64,000 nt of DNA. Source: an uncultured Gemmatimonadales bacterium (GTDB lineage Bacteria; Gemmatimonadota; Gemmatimonadetes; Longimicrobiales; RSA9). The position numbers were made by a program, and so were the translations under genes. Shown in pieces: positions 28,428 to 39,696 of the stretch; within the stretch, counting starts at the first letter, position 1, and every line of letters begins with the position of its first letter. The notes beneath the pieces were generated by a model. It saw nothing but the letters and a program-made list of their open reading frames with translations. It had not been told where the DNA came from and did no database searches. The stretch spans positions 96,001 through 160,000 of the forward strand of contig CAWAMW010000002.1 in assembly GCA_963783305.1 (NCBI GenBank). The letters run 5' to 3'.

Positions 28428-28550
28428 GGCGCCAGCTCCACTTTCACCCATCCCTGTTCCTGACGGTCGAAACGACTCGAACGCCGAGATGGCATCCTCG
28501 AGGGGCTCGAGCTCGACCACGTGCGGGATATACGTCCGATGACGGCAGTT
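28428..28550 (-). pseudogene. Degraded copy of the 3' end of the Zn-ADH gene (39697-40914)
   Basis: Encodes NCRHRTYIPHVVE..LEPLEDAISAFESF / DRQEQGWVKVELAP versus ADH NCHHRKYIPHLVE...LEPLTDAISAFESFDRREQGWVKVELAP, with an internal deletion and a +1 indel. Confidence 0.9.
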
Positions 28551-28799
28551 TTTTCGTAGGTGCTTCAGCCCCCTGCCTTGGCTCCGCGCGCCGGGGGGCA
28601 GACGCCGGCCGGCAGGGCGCAAGATCTATCGAGAGCGTGCAATAGATTGCCGGATTCGCGATCGGTGTGGTGCGGTGCCTGTCTCGCAACTCGTTTATTG
28701 ACAACACATTGTCTCCCAAGAGCCGGCTGCGGAACAACGGTTGCCCCTGATACTCTCGTTCCGAGGCCACTTCCATGCCTATCTCGGTGCACTTCTCAC

Positions 28800-29882
28800 A
28801 TGGGACCCTACAAGAGCGCACCACCCCTGGTGCTCCTCGCCACTGATGAGGCGCGGCCGGCTCAACTCGTGCCGGGGTTGACTACAGTCGGCGCGGAAGT
28901 GAGGCACCTGAGTCCGGACTGGGCGAGGGAGCCGGCTATCGGTGCGCCGGACGACCTTGCAGCGGCGGAGGTCCTCGTGCTTCACCTCGAGGAGCCTGAA
29001 GCGGACGACGTCGCTAGTCTGGTGGCTTCGCTCAAAGCCCGGAGCTCCGCACCCATCCTCGCGCTCCTCGGCGCCTCTACGCTGCGTACGCGGGAACGGG
29101 TGCTGGAGGCCGGCGCGGCAGACGTGGTGGCCGGACCATGCTCCGAGAGGGAGCTCCGGCTGCGGGTGGCCCGCCTGCTGGAGTCACGGGCAGCCATTCG
29201 ACAACTCGAGCACAGGGCGCGGGAGCTGGAGTTGACGGTGGAGAAGCGGGATGCCGAACTCGAGGACGCCCGGGTTCAGATCCTGGAACGGCTGGCCCGG
29301 GCGGCCGAGTATCGGGACGACGAGACGGGGGAGCACACGCGCCGGGTGGGAGCTCTTGCGGCAGCGCTCGCCGAGGGCGTAGGAATGCCGGCCGAGGAGG
29401 TTACGCTGATCGAACGGGCGGCGCCGCTACACGACGTAGGGAAGATTGGCGTGCCCGATGGCATCCTGCTCAAGCCGGGACGGCTGAGTCAGAAAGAGAT
29501 GGAGGTCATGCAGGCGCACACCGGTATCGGCGCCCGGATGCTCTCGGGGACCGACATCCGGCTCCTCAACCTGGCCGCGACCATCGCCTTCACACACCAT
29601 GAGCACTGGGATGGAAACGGATATCCCGAGGGGATGCGCGGCAATGATATACCACTGCCGGGGCGCCTTGTCGCTGTAGCGGATGTGTTCGATGCATTGA
29701 CCACGAAACGGCCCTATAAGCGGGCCTGGCCTCTGGAGGAAGCTGTGGCGGAGCTGGAGGCGCAACGCGGGCGGCACCTGGATCCCGACATCACCGACAT
29801 CGCTCTGTCACTGGTCCTCCGGGATGCACTGCCGGATCCGATACGCGAGCACGTGCGGACTGCCGGAGGATGGGAGAGCTGA
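28800..29882 (+). CDS. HD-GYP (RpfG-like) c-di-GMP phosphodiesterase with degenerate receiver domain
   Basis: AEYRDDETGEH, HDVGKIG, HHEHWDGNGYP, DVFDALT.KRPYK. Confidence 0.9.
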   Translation: MGPYKSAPPLVLLATDEARPAQLVPGLTTVGAEVRHLSPDWAREPAIGAPDDLAAAEVLVLHLEEPEADDVASLVASLKARSSAPILALLGASTLRTRERVLEAGAADVVAGPCSERELRLRVARLLESRAAIRQLEHRARELELTVEKRDAELEDARVQILERLARAAEYRDDETGEHTRRVGALAAALAEGVGMPAEEVTLIERAAPLHDVGKIGVPDGILLKPGRLSQKEMEVMQAHTGIGARMLSGTDIRLLNLAATIAFTHHEHWDGNGYPEGMRGNDIPLPGRLVAVADVFDALTTKRPYKRAWPLEEAVAELEAQRGRHLDPDITDIALSLVLRDALPDPIREHVRTAGGWES

Positions 29883-31057
29883 TGTCAACCGCCGAGAGCC
29901 GGATCTTCCCAAAGGTCGACCAGGAGGATGCTGAGCGCTACAGAACGCTGTTCGATGCCTCCATGGACGCGGTTTACCTGTCCCGCGATGACGGCCGTAT
30001 CCTCAGGGTCAACCCCGCCTTCCAACAGCTGTTCGGCTACAGCAGCGAAGAGCTCAGCCGTGTTTCGGCCGAAGCGCTGTACGCCACCCCGTCCGATCGA
30101 GCCCGGTTCCGCATCTCCATTACGGAGCAGGGCGCCGTCAAGGATTTCGAGACGCGACTCCGCGCTCGTGATGGGACCATCCGCACCTGCCTGATCACCG
30201 CCACCGCACGAAGTGCCGATGACGGCACCACGGAATTCCAGGGCATTATCCGTGACGTCACGCAGCGGCGTCTCGAGCAGGCGGAGCTCGCGCGCACCGA
30301 GAAAGCTTTGCGGCGCTCGAACGCGGAGCTGGAGCAGTTCGCCTACGTGGCCTCCCACGACCTGCAGGAGCCGCTTCGGAAGATACGGGCGTTCGGGGAC
30401 CGGCTCTCCACTATGGCAGCCGGTAGTCTGGACGATCGTGCCGCCGACTACCTGGCGCGCATGATCTCGGCCGCAACGCGAATGCAGACGCTGATCGAGA
30501 ACCTGCTCCTCTACTCGAGGGTGGCCTCGCGCGGGGCCGAGTTCGAGTCGGTCGATCTGAATGACGTCCTCGCGGATGTGCTCAATGATCTGGAGTCGCA
30601 GGTGGCGCACAGCGGAGCCCGGGTCCACGCCGACGAGCTGCCGGAGCTGGAGGCGGACAGGATGCAGATGCACCAGCTCCTTCAGAATCTCCTCTCCAAC
30701 GCCATCAAGTATGGGCCCACCGACGGCACAGCCACTGTGGAGGTCGGCTGCGCGCTCCTGGACTGCAAAGGCGCCACGCTCGGACCCGAGCAGTCGGGGG
30801 AGGCAGTGGCCACGCGGCTCACGGTGACCGATAACGGCATCGGGTTCGAGCAGGAGTACGCCCAGCGCATCTTCGAGCTGTTCCAGCGGCTGCACGGACG
30901 CGCCGACTACGAGGGAACCGGCATTGGCCTCGGTATCTGCCGCAGGATCGTCCTCCGGCACCGGGGTGAGATCGGGGCGGCAGGGCACCCTGGAGAGGGT
31001 GCGACATTCACGGTGGTCTTGCCTCTGAGACAGGAAGGAACCAGCCACGATGACTAG
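29882..31057 (+). CDS. PAS-domain sensor histidine kinase
   Basis: PAS domain; FAYVASHDLQEPLR H-box, NLLSNAIKY, DNGIG, GTGIGL. Confidence 0.93.
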   Translation: MSTAESRIFPKVDQEDAERYRTLFDASMDAVYLSRDDGRILRVNPAFQQLFGYSSEELSRVSAEALYATPSDRARFRISITEQGAVKDFETRLRARDGTIRTCLITATARSADDGTTEFQGIIRDVTQRRLEQAELARTEKALRRSNAELEQFAYVASHDLQEPLRKIRAFGDRLSTMAAGSLDDRAADYLARMISAATRMQTLIENLLLYSRVASRGAEFESVDLNDVLADVLNDLESQVAHSGARVHADELPELEADRMQMHQLLQNLLSNAIKYGPTDGTATVEVGCALLDCKGATLGPEQSGEAVATRLTVTDNGIGFEQEYAQRIFELFQRLHGRADYEGTGIGLGICRRIVLRHRGEIGAAGHPGEGATFTVVLPLRQEGTSHDD

Positions 31058-31508
31058 CTCCACCACGACCAGCGTCCCCATCCTCATCGCGGATGACGAC
31101 GAGGAAGACCGCATGCTGGCGCGGGAAGCGCTGGAGGAGTCACGCCTGGCGAACGAGATGTTCTTCGTCGAGGATGGCGTGGACCTCCTGGACTTCCTCC
31201 ATCATCGCGGCGCCTACTCCGATCGGGGCTCGGCCCCGCGTCCCGGCCTGATTCTGCTGGACATCAACATGCCGCGAATGTCCGGCCTCGAGGCCTTGCG
31301 GGAAATCAAGGCCGACCCGAGCCTGCGCCAGATCCCTGTCGTGATCCTCACGACATCCCGAGCGGACGAAGACATACTCCGGAGCTATGATCTCGGCGTG
31401 AACTCCTTCATCTCGAAGCCGGTCACCTTCAGTGGGCTGGTAGACGTCATGCGGGCCCTGGGAACGTACTGGTTCGAGTTGGTGGCCCTCGCTCCCAACC
31501 GTGAGTGA
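31050..31508 (+). CDS. Single-domain response regulator (Rcp1-like)
   Basis: ILIADDD, LLDINMP, LTTS, NSFISKP. Confidence 0.93.
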   Translation: MTSSTTTSVPILIADDDEEDRMLAREALEESRLANEMFFVEDGVDLLDFLHHRGAYSDRGSAPRPGLILLDINMPRMSGLEALREIKADPSLRQIPVVILTTSRADEDILRSYDLGVNSFISKPVTFSGLVDVMRALGTYWFELVALAPNRE

Positions 31509-31509
31509 C

Positions 31510-32484
31510 ATGGACATGAATCCCCTCAAAGTCCTCATCATAGAAGACGACGAGGATGACTACATCCTGACTCGCGACCTCCTCTACGATATCGATCACA
31601 TGGAGATCGACATCCGCTGGGAGACCACGTACGAGGGTGGCCTCGCCGTGCTCCAGCTGGGCGACTACGATGTCTGCCTGGTCGACTATCGGCTCGGCCC
31701 TCGAGACGGCATGTCGCTGGTCCGCGAGGTGCGGCCGGAAACGCTGCAGACCCCGATCATCTTCCTCACGGGCCAGGATAGCCGCGACCTCGATGTCAAG
31801 GCAATGCAGGCCGGCGCCGCAGACTACCTCGTCAAGGGAACCGTGACAGCTCCGCTCCTGGAGCGATCCATCCGATACGCCATCCAGCGACAGCGGCTCC
31901 TGCAGGAGATGCACCGGCGGGCGCTGGTCGATCAGCTCACTGGGCTACTGAACCGGCGGGGCTTCGAGGAGCAGGCGGCGCGGCAGATCCGGCTGGCCAA
32001 TCGGCGCGGGGTCCGGATGTCTCTTTTGTTCACGGACGTCAACGACTTCAAGCAGATCAACGACTGCTGGGGCCACAGCGAGGGAGACCGTGCCCTTCGG
32101 GAAGTGGCGGACCTGCTCCGGGCCTCTTTCCGGGAGTCCGACCTTCTGGCCCGGCTTGGCGGCGACGAGTTCGTCATGGTCCCCATCGACGCGCCGCCAC
32201 CCAACAAGGTCATCCCCGAGCGGCGCCTCATGCAGAAGCTCGCCGAGCGCAATGCCGCGACCGATCGGCCGTACAAGCTGTCGCTGTCGATCGGCACCGC
32301 GGTGTTCGACCCCATGAATCCCAAGACCCTGTGGGAGCTGGTCCGAGACGCCGACATGGACATGTACGGCCAAAAACCCTCCGGGAATGGACGGAGCCAG
32401 AGCCTCCCCACCCCGGCTGGCGCCCCCTCGACGAAGGCGACGGGCGCTGCCCTGGCGCGAGTCCGCAGCCGGGCCTTCGACTAG
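31510..32484 (+). CDS. REC-GGDEF diguanylate cyclase
   Basis: IEDDEDD, LVDYRL receiver; DQLTGLLNRR, RESD I-site, GGDEF. Confidence 0.93.
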   Translation: MDMNPLKVLIIEDDEDDYILTRDLLYDIDHMEIDIRWETTYEGGLAVLQLGDYDVCLVDYRLGPRDGMSLVREVRPETLQTPIIFLTGQDSRDLDVKAMQAGAADYLVKGTVTAPLLERSIRYAIQRQRLLQEMHRRALVDQLTGLLNRRGFEEQAARQIRLANRRGVRMSLLFTDVNDFKQINDCWGHSEGDRALREVADLLRASFRESDLLARLGGDEFVMVPIDAPPPNKVIPERRLMQKLAERNAATDRPYKLSLSIGTAVFDPMNPKTLWELVRDADMDMYGQKPSGNGRSQSLPTPAGAPSTKATGAALARVRSRAFD

Positions 32485-32590
32485 CCAGGCGCCGGAGCCG
32501 ACGCTCCGCGTCCGCACCCACCGAATCTCCAGGGCAACGTCGCCCTGCTCCCACCGCCCTCGACCTGCGGTGCGACCGCCCGTTAGCCCT

Positions 32591-32643
32591 GGGGCGCCAG
32601 CTCCACCTTCACCCACCCCTGTTCCCGGCGATCGAACGACTCG
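32591..32643. repeat. 53-bp direct repeat identical to the ADH 3' end (39708-39760), att-like
   Basis: GGGGCGCCAGCTCCACCTTCACCCACCCCTGTTCCCGGCGATCGAACGACTCG is present at both positions. Confidence 0.95.
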
Positions 32644-32993
32644 GCGACCGATCCCAACGGGCAGTCTGTTCCGCACTGGATGTTCCGGTCCGGATCGACT
32701 GGTCTTCCTCGGGCGGCGGGGCCGTGGCGGAGCCGGCGGACACCGCCGACGGTGAGCAGATCGTAGTGGCTCCACTTCCGGGAGTGCGGAAACCGCCTCA
32801 CCCTCCCCACATCTCGCCGGGGTCCGCATGCTGGTCCTGCATCTGTCTCCCCCTCCACGTCAGCGTCATGAGCGCGTCTCTTCATCCCAAGGTACCGCTG
32901 GGCGTCGCGCGTGCTCCCCGAAGAACACGGCGCCCCCGCGAGCAACTCGCGGAGGCGCCGTCGGTCAGCAGAAGTCCGGGGTCTCAGGCTCCG

Positions 32994-35900
32994 TCAGATC
33001 CCGTCGGTGCAGAAGGTCTCGCCCGCGTAGCCGGACGGCGGCGTGTACCACCAGAGACAGTTGTTCGGCGGCCGGGCGGGGATGGCCGTGATGAGCCAGA
33101 CGAGCCCGTTCAGCCTCTCCTGCGTCGGGAAGGGGTAATACGGTCCGAACTCCGGGTCTTCCAAGATCTCCTGGAGGCGGAAGGTGCCACCCAGGTTCCG
33201 GTCGTGGATGCCCCACCCGTAGAAGCCGGGGATCAGTCCCAGCGGGCCCGTGAAGGGGAGGAACCCCTCCGGCCGCTCGTGGAACGTGTTCACATGGCTG
33301 TAGAAGTTGCCGACGTGGAGGGTGTAGCGGCTCCGCGGATCGCGGCGCGCCGGGTCCTGATTGCCGCTGTGCCACGAGCGGACCTTCGCATACTCCAGGA
33401 AGGCCGCGCCGGGGGTCCATCCCGCGACGTACTTCCGCATGGTGCAGATGATCCCGCATCCCGGCGTCCCGGTGAACACCTCGTTGCCGTTCTTGAAGCC
33501 GGTGAGGACGGCCTCGTTCATCTGGCGGGCCGCATCCTCGTATGCCACCCCGTGGTCGCGGACCAGCGTCATGGCCAGGAAGTCGAAGAACCCCGCCGCT
33601 GCACCGTATCCGGTCGTCCAATCGTTGCCGAGGAAGCCCATCACGTCCAGGTCCTCCCCGTTGTTACGGGACGGCTCGTTATCGATCCACGCGTTGAACG
33701 CCGCCCAGATGTCGCCCCCGTCGCTTCCCAGGTTCCGGTATGCCGCCCGGCGCCGGAGCACCTCGAAGGCCATGTATGCGGCGCCGCCCTCCACGTTCCA
33801 CTGCTTGTAGGTCCCGGGCATGAACCCGGCGTCTATCCGGCGCTCGCGCTCCCACAGCCAGTGGCTGTGGGCGAACTCGTGGGCCAGGAGACTGATGATC
33901 TGGTTCGGCCGCAGTCCGATGCTGCCGTCGATCATATCCTTCCGGGCCGTTCCCATGCCCCGGGTTTCCACGAACCTCGTGACGTTCACGACGAGCTGCT
34001 CGTGGTGCGCCATCGTCCGCGGCCGGTGCGTGCTCGACAGCACCTGTCGGTACCAGGGCTCGGCCTCCGACATCAGGTAGTCGGCGGCCTCGCGGATCGC
34101 CGTCTCCCTGTTCTGGAACTCGGCCTTCATGGCCACGGCCTTCTCGTACCCCGCCGTCCCCACCGAATCCGGGTCCGCCCAGGGGGTCGTGAAGACGAAG
34201 TATCCGCCGTGAGATGCCCTGGACCTCCACCTTCTTCGGCCGAGCCGAGATCGTGTAGGTGGTCAGCGTCGTGAAGGTGTCGCCCACCGCTAGTGGGGCC
34301 CGCCGGTACATGTATTCGGTGCCCTCGTAGCCGAACCACGGCGTCTCCTGCCAGTCGGGGATCGTGTCCGCGCTCACACAGTCAATCTCCGGGTGCGCGT
34401 CGCAGATCGCCTGGTGGTCCGGGTTCCCCGGCTCGTAGGCGGCCGCCAGGCCGGTCGGAACGGACCGCGACCCGCCCAACTGGGGCCCGCGCGCGGTTCG
34501 TCCTTCGTGCAGCCGGGCCTGCTCCTCGTGGAACCGCGCCTCCTCCTGGGCGTGCTGTTCCTGGATGCTCAAGGGGTCCCGCTCCGCACTCCACATCGCC
34601 GGCGGGTCACCCGAGAGCATTTTGAAGCTCGATAGGCCGGTCGACGGAGCCGTGCCCGCCGCACCCGCCGCGAGCAGATCCTGATACCACTGGTCCACGT
34701 TGTAGACGAGGTCGGGCATGGGCGTCTGCGACTGGAACCCCATGCCGACGTCGCTCCAGCCCGGTCCCCCGTACGGGAACACCGGGTCATTCGAGCGCGG
34801 GTTGTCCGCGTACTGGAAGTGCGTGGTGTCGACGTAGACCAGGTTGTAGAGGCTCGAATCCTTCCAGGTCACGTCGCTGTAGTATTCGTTGCGCAAGTCC
34901 CACGGCTGACCCGGTTCGGTGACCGCGATCCGGACGCAGTGCGTCAACTCGGCGGCCGTCATCTCCCGGACCTCGTAGTGATCCAGGGAGATGACCTCGC
35001 CCTGATGCGGGACGAGGAGCTGCGGGTAACCCCCACCGACACGCACGTCCGCGCCGGGAACGACCAGGCGCCGGCGAACCGTCCCGCCGCATTCCGCCGA
35101 CGGAGTAGACCTCCGTGCTGAACACCAGCGTGGTGTCCGTATGCGTAAGGAGCGCCACGGTGTCCGCTCCGGCCGTAATCGTTGCGGGATCGATCTGAAG
35201 GAGGTTGATGCCCCGAAGGGTAATCGGAGTGCCGTCCTGCGTGATCTCCGCGGGCGCGTCCATGGCGAAGACGATGGGGTCGGAGACCTCGCCGGTCACG
35301 ACCAGGTCCGCGGGAAGGATCCATGGCATTCCCGCGGGGCCACGAACGCGGAGGCGCGTGTGTCCGGGCCCGGCCAGCTTCAAGGTATCCCCCGACAGGG
35401 CGGCGCCGTCCAGAATCGAGGCATAGTACTGAGGATATGTCGGCGCCACCGTCACCGTCTCGAAGGCGGCGTCGTGATAGGCCGCACCCCGGAATGTCGC
35501 CGTCACCACCGCGACGGCGCCAACGCCGTCCAGGTGGACCGAATCGGCGGACAGCACCAGCGGCGCGGGCTCGCGGACGAAGACCGACAAGGTGTCGGCG
35601 AACCGCTTGCCGCGCGCCTCGATGGCCGCCTCCAGCCGGACCGTCCCGCTCTGCTGCGCGCGGAGCCGGACCTGCCCGCGGTCCGTTGGCTCCACGGCCG
35701 CCGCCCCGTCCAGGACCGTATACGTCACCGAGTCGCGCCAGTGGGCCCCGTCCACGCCTGCGAACTCGTGCCCGACGTGGAGGTTCGCGGTCGTGCTCTC
35801 GGTCACCTCGAGGGTGTCGATCCCGAGCGAATCGGGCCGGTCGGGGTTGAACGCGATGTCCAGACGGAATGGGTACGCGGCCACGGCGGCCTGCGCGACT

Positions 35901-36277
35901 TCCTCACCCTCGGAGTACCCGAGGGTCGCCGTCACCGTGGCCCACCCCGGTCCACCCGTGGCGGACAGGACGCCGTCCGCCACCGTGACCAGCGCCGAAT
36001 CGCTCGTCGACCAGGCAACGGCGTCCATATACTGCCGCGTCACGTCGACCCCTCCGGCGTCCCGCACCGTGGCCACGAGCGTGTCGAGAGTTCCCTCCTC
36101 GAGCGCCAGCGTATCGGGCGCGAGCGTGAGCGTGAGGGTGAGCCGGATCTCCGGCTCGGTCGGCGGCAACTCCGCCTTCTCGTCGCCACAGCCACTTGCG
36201 ACGAAGAGGAAAAGGAGTATCAGCGCCAGCGCCGGCCGGAGCGACGAAAAATAGTTTTCCGGGAAATGGCTGGTCAT
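32994..36277 (-). pseudogene. Large lipoprotein with Ig-like domains and C-terminal HExxH zinc peptidase, split by two frameshifts
   Basis: Lipobox ASGC, Big_2-like WSTSDSALVTVADG; single extra bases near 35100 and 34212 join three ORFs; AHEFAH..WNVEGGA. Confidence 0.75.
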
Positions 36278-36399
36278 AACGCGCTCGTGATTCGTTGGCA
36301 GGTTGTGGATCGTCGCCCGGACTCTCTTACGCGGCGAGGCGCTCGATTTCACCGGCCGACTCCAAAGCAGAGATCGTCTGAGCACTCGGCTCGAGCGGC

Positions 36400-37173
36400 T
36401 TACGCGCGATCATCCCGAGTGAGAGTCCCAGCCATGGGGCGAGCCGGGTACGCTCGATTGTGCGGAATACCCTGGCGATCGGACCCCGCTTTGCGTCCAG
36501 GCGCATTGGGAGCCGTACACCAAGGATTCCAGCCATCTCGCGATAGGATCCGGTAGAGCAGGGATGGGTGCATGAAGTATCCATATACTCGCTGGACGGT
36601 GCAGCTATCCGCCTCGAGGAGGGTGCGCAGCTCGGTCGGAGAGAACTCGGTTTCCCACCCGGCGAACCAACGGTTCGCAGCGATGAGACCCTTCTTCAGG
36701 AGAGTGTACGGGTGCCAGCGCTGCGGAACGTCGACCAGAAGGAGACCGCCCGGCTTCAGGAGCGCCAGGTTCGCTTCGATCAAACCCGCGGGATCCTTGA
36801 AGTGCTCCAGGAGCCCTTGGTGGAAGACGATGTCGAAGCTGCCGGGCTCCAGCGGCGGAGCCATGGCGTCGCCGAGCACCGGCGTTGCTCCCGGCGCGGC
36901 TTGTCGGCACAGACGGAGCGCTTCTCGAGAGATGTCGAGCATCACGACCTCGGCGCCCAGGCGGAGCAGGGCGCCGCTCTCACGGCCGGTTCCGGGCCCG
37001 ACCTCGAGGATCCTCTTGCCCGCAACCACGCCGCCCGCAGCCGTGACGATCTCACCCACGATGTCGGATACGGCCGGGTATATTTCCTCCACCTCGCGGG
37101 CATGCCAGAAGGCATCCCACGGGTCTGCGGTGGTTGGGTCTGCACTGCGGGCCCTCGGAAGAATCGAACTCAT
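36400..37173 (-). CDS. Class I SAM-dependent methyltransferase
   Basis: ILEVGPGTG, LDIS, FDIVFHQGLLEH, LKPGG; C-terminus may be frameshifted. Confidence 0.8.
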   Translation of the reverse strand: MSSILPRARSADPTTADPWDAFWHAREVEEIYPAVSDIVGEIVTAAGGVVAGKRILEVGPGTGRESGALLRLGAEVVMLDISREALRLCRQAAPGATPVLGDAMAPPLEPGSFDIVFHQGLLEHFKDPAGLIEANLALLKPGGLLLVDVPQRWHPYTLLKKGLIAANRWFAGWETEFSPTELRTLLEADSCTVQRVYGYFMHPSLLYRILSRDGWNPWCTAPNAPGRKAGSDRQGIPHNRAYPARPMAGTLTRDDRA

Positions 37174-37907
37174 CGTGGGATTCCTTTTGAATGGCTTCGC
37201 GATCCGGTATGCTTACGTTCGGACTGTACGGGGTCGCGTCATGAAACAAGCATCGGCGGCGCCTATTCCGTACTTAAGACGGGAATCTCCCGGAATCAGC
37301 AGTGGGAGATTTCCCCACCCGAGGGACGAGGGCGTGAATGGCAGGGCGCCAGCATGCGCTCTTCTCAGCGCCAAAGAGAACCCCGTGGGTGCATCACCCC
37401 GGGTTTACAAGAGACCCCAACGCTCGAGCGACTGGGGTCCTGAGCGAGCCACAACGGCTTTCGGCTGAGGTTCGGAAGCGGGCCGTCCCACTAATGCGAG
37501 ACCATGAGGACGAGCACCGATCAGAGTCGGCAGCCAGCAGCTCGGTCGCAGAGAAAACCGGCTGTTAGGCGGAGGCGGTTCGGAAGTGGGTGCGCCATGG
37601 CGTGTGGAATAGCGGCCGCCGTTCGGGCCTCAAGACGTCCGCCTAAGGCCCAGGAGGCGGGCCCGGAGCGCAGATCGGCCCGAGCGAAGGGGGGGAGGCA
37701 ATGAAGGGTCGAGATCGGTCGGGTCTGGCGGGAGAACTTCGCCGCCGACGCCGCGCCGTTCGCACAGGCAGCCACTCCACCTCGCGGGTGCTGGAGATGG
37801 CCCAGTAGCCGCCGACCTCATCGGTGGTGCGGAAATGTCAACCGGCCCGGTGAGAGAGGCGAGACGCCGTCGCTACACGAGGACTGTGCCAAAAACGGCG
37901 TCAGAAC

Positions 37908-38620
37908 TCACTGACGCTGGCACCCGGCTCGAGAATGGAGGCCGCTGCGATGGCCCCTTCCGTCCCGATCTTGTCGTACCCGGCCTGCGTCTAGTGAAAT
38001 GTGTCGTAATAGTAGTTGCTGTCCCAGAAACTGCGTCTCGTAGTCATCGGCCGTCCCGAGTCCACCCATTGACGGGTCCAGGAATATGGCGTCCTGCCCA
38101 CCCTGATCCCAGATGAGCCCGCGAAGGTTGACCGTGTAGCCCAGCGCCTGCAGGCTCGTGATGCCGCTATTCCAGGCATCGACAGCTTGCGTGTATTCAT
38201 TCGGGAAGACATCCGACCAGTTATTGCCGGGGGATACAACCTCCTGCTGAGCGCTGGAATTGGAGTATTTGTTATGGTAGGCTGAGACGCGCCCTGTCTG
38301 ATTCCAGTATTCGACGCCAAATGCGGGACCGAACCCGCCAGCAACGTCCCCGAGCGAAGAGAGGACTGAGCCGTTGTAGTCATACGCCGTCCCGGGGATC
38401 GGGGTGGGCACCGGGCCTCCCACGTTCCGCTATCCGGCATTACTCTGGCCGCCGATGAAGAAAAGGTCTATCTCTCCACGCGGCCCTACCTCTTCGATCG
38501 GGGGCCCTGCGGGGTCGCTGTCGCAAGCGGAGAGGAGCAGGGAGAGCGTGGTAGCCAGAAGAAGGGAGAGGGTGAGTAAAGTGCGGTAGCGTGGGTGAAG
38601 CTCGGGAGCGGCGTCAGGCA
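37908..38620 (-). pseudogene. SASA/sialate O-acetylesterase-family (SGNH) lipoprotein, interrupted
   Basis: Lipobox LSAC, FIGGQSNAG followed by in-frame TAG at 38432-38430, then FGPAFG..LIWDQGGQDA; ends uncertain. Confidence 0.7.
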
Positions 38621-38777
38621 CCGTCCACCTCCATGGCTGAATTGGGGCGCGGGCCCCTATACAGGCGCTGCGGTCGGGAGTTCTCGGCAGGTCCCCCACG
38701 CTCGACGGCAGCTCGAGCTCTGACATTCACTCTTCGCTGGAGCCCTGCTCAGCCAACCTACTCAGTGAAACAGAACG

Positions 38778-38820
38778 AAGCCCCCCGGCGCGACCTCGCG
38801 CCGGGGGGCTCGTCTTCTTT
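38778..38820. terminator. Hairpin terminator downstream of the PEP-CTERM gene
   Basis: GCCCCCCGGCGCG-acct-CGCGCCGGGGGGC perfect stem. Confidence 0.75.
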
Positions 38821-38867
38821 CGTGAGCAGCAACGCGCTATGCGCGGGCTACGCCAACCGGCTACCAG

Positions 38868-39416
38868 CTACCCGTGCGACTCCACGTCGCCGTTTCGCCG
38901 ACCGCGCGCCACCACGCCCACACCGAACATGCCCATTCCCAGGAGCAGGAGGGACGCCGGCTCCGGAACCGAAGTGGCCGCAAACTGCCCTTCGAGGGTG
39001 ATGCCGCCGATCCGGACGTTGGTCGCCGATGTCTGGACCACGGTCAGATCGGCCACACCGTCATCGAAGATCGACAGCTCCGCTCCGGAGAACGTGTAGG
39101 ACCATGGCCGGTAATCCGCACCGGTCCCCCAGCAGTCGGGATCCAGGTACACGCACTGCGAGACGAGGATTCCGTCCAGGAACAGGTCGTACCCCGCTGT
39201 GCTGCTGGGCACAATGGCCGTTCCGTACGTGCCGGAGATCATCGCCGTGAACAGGCTCGCACCCGGCGTGAATGTGCCGATCAGCACCGACGCGAGTGGG
39301 AATCCGGAAGTGACTGCAGGGCCATCATAGTCGCCGAGGCTCTCGGAATACTGAGCCTGGACAGGGGCGACGGCAATGCCGAAGAGGAGCGTTCCAGCGA
39401 TCAAGAAATGCTTCAT
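38868..39416 (-). CDS. PEP-CTERM sorting domain protein
   Basis: Signal peptide; C-terminal VPEPASLLLLGMGMFGVGVVARGRR; GGAGG RBS. Confidence 0.92.
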   Translation of the reverse strand: MKHFLIAGTLLFGIAVAPVQAQYSESLGDYDGPAVTSGFPLASVLIGTFTPGASLFTAMISGTYGTAIVPSSTAGYDLFLDGILVSQCVYLDPDCWGTGADYRPWSYTFSGAELSIFDDGVADLTVVQTSATNVRIGGITLEGQFAATSVPEPASLLLLGMGMFGVGVVARGRRNGDVESHG

Positions 39417-39696
39417 GGGGCCTCCAAAGAGGGGGACGGGGGGTTTTACGTGGTGAGCGGGGTTCCACGGGGTCGCGACCCGTTAACGGGCACATTTCGA
39501 GCCGGGCTGGTGGCGTCACGTTGTACCCTCCTTGTAACTCCATTCGAGACAACAACGTGCAGGCTCGCCCGCGGCCGGAGCAGATTCTGGCGGCGGAGCA
39601 GAAGTGCCGCGGGCGCACCGCACCCTGTCGCACGCCTCCCCCAGGCGGGGCGGCCAGCCCTGCCCCAGGCTGGGGGTGCCAACCCTGCGTCCCGGG

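Noticed and set aside
25945..28430. Island integrated at tRNA-Ser(CGA)
   Set aside because: I found no duplicated tRNA 3' end and no integrase downstream
34190..35110. Programmed ribosomal frameshifting in the large lipoprotein gene
   Set aside because: No slippery heptamer or homopolymer at either shift site
37521..37775. Integrase or Fic remnant (IPHAMAHPLPNR)
   Set aside because: Only a vague resemblance to HxLRH or HPFxxGNGR motifs, with key residues missing
38430..38432. Pyrrolysine or amber readthrough in the SASA gene
   Set aside because: No pyl genes or suppressor tRNA in the window; the gene also looks truncated and lies among other pseudogenes
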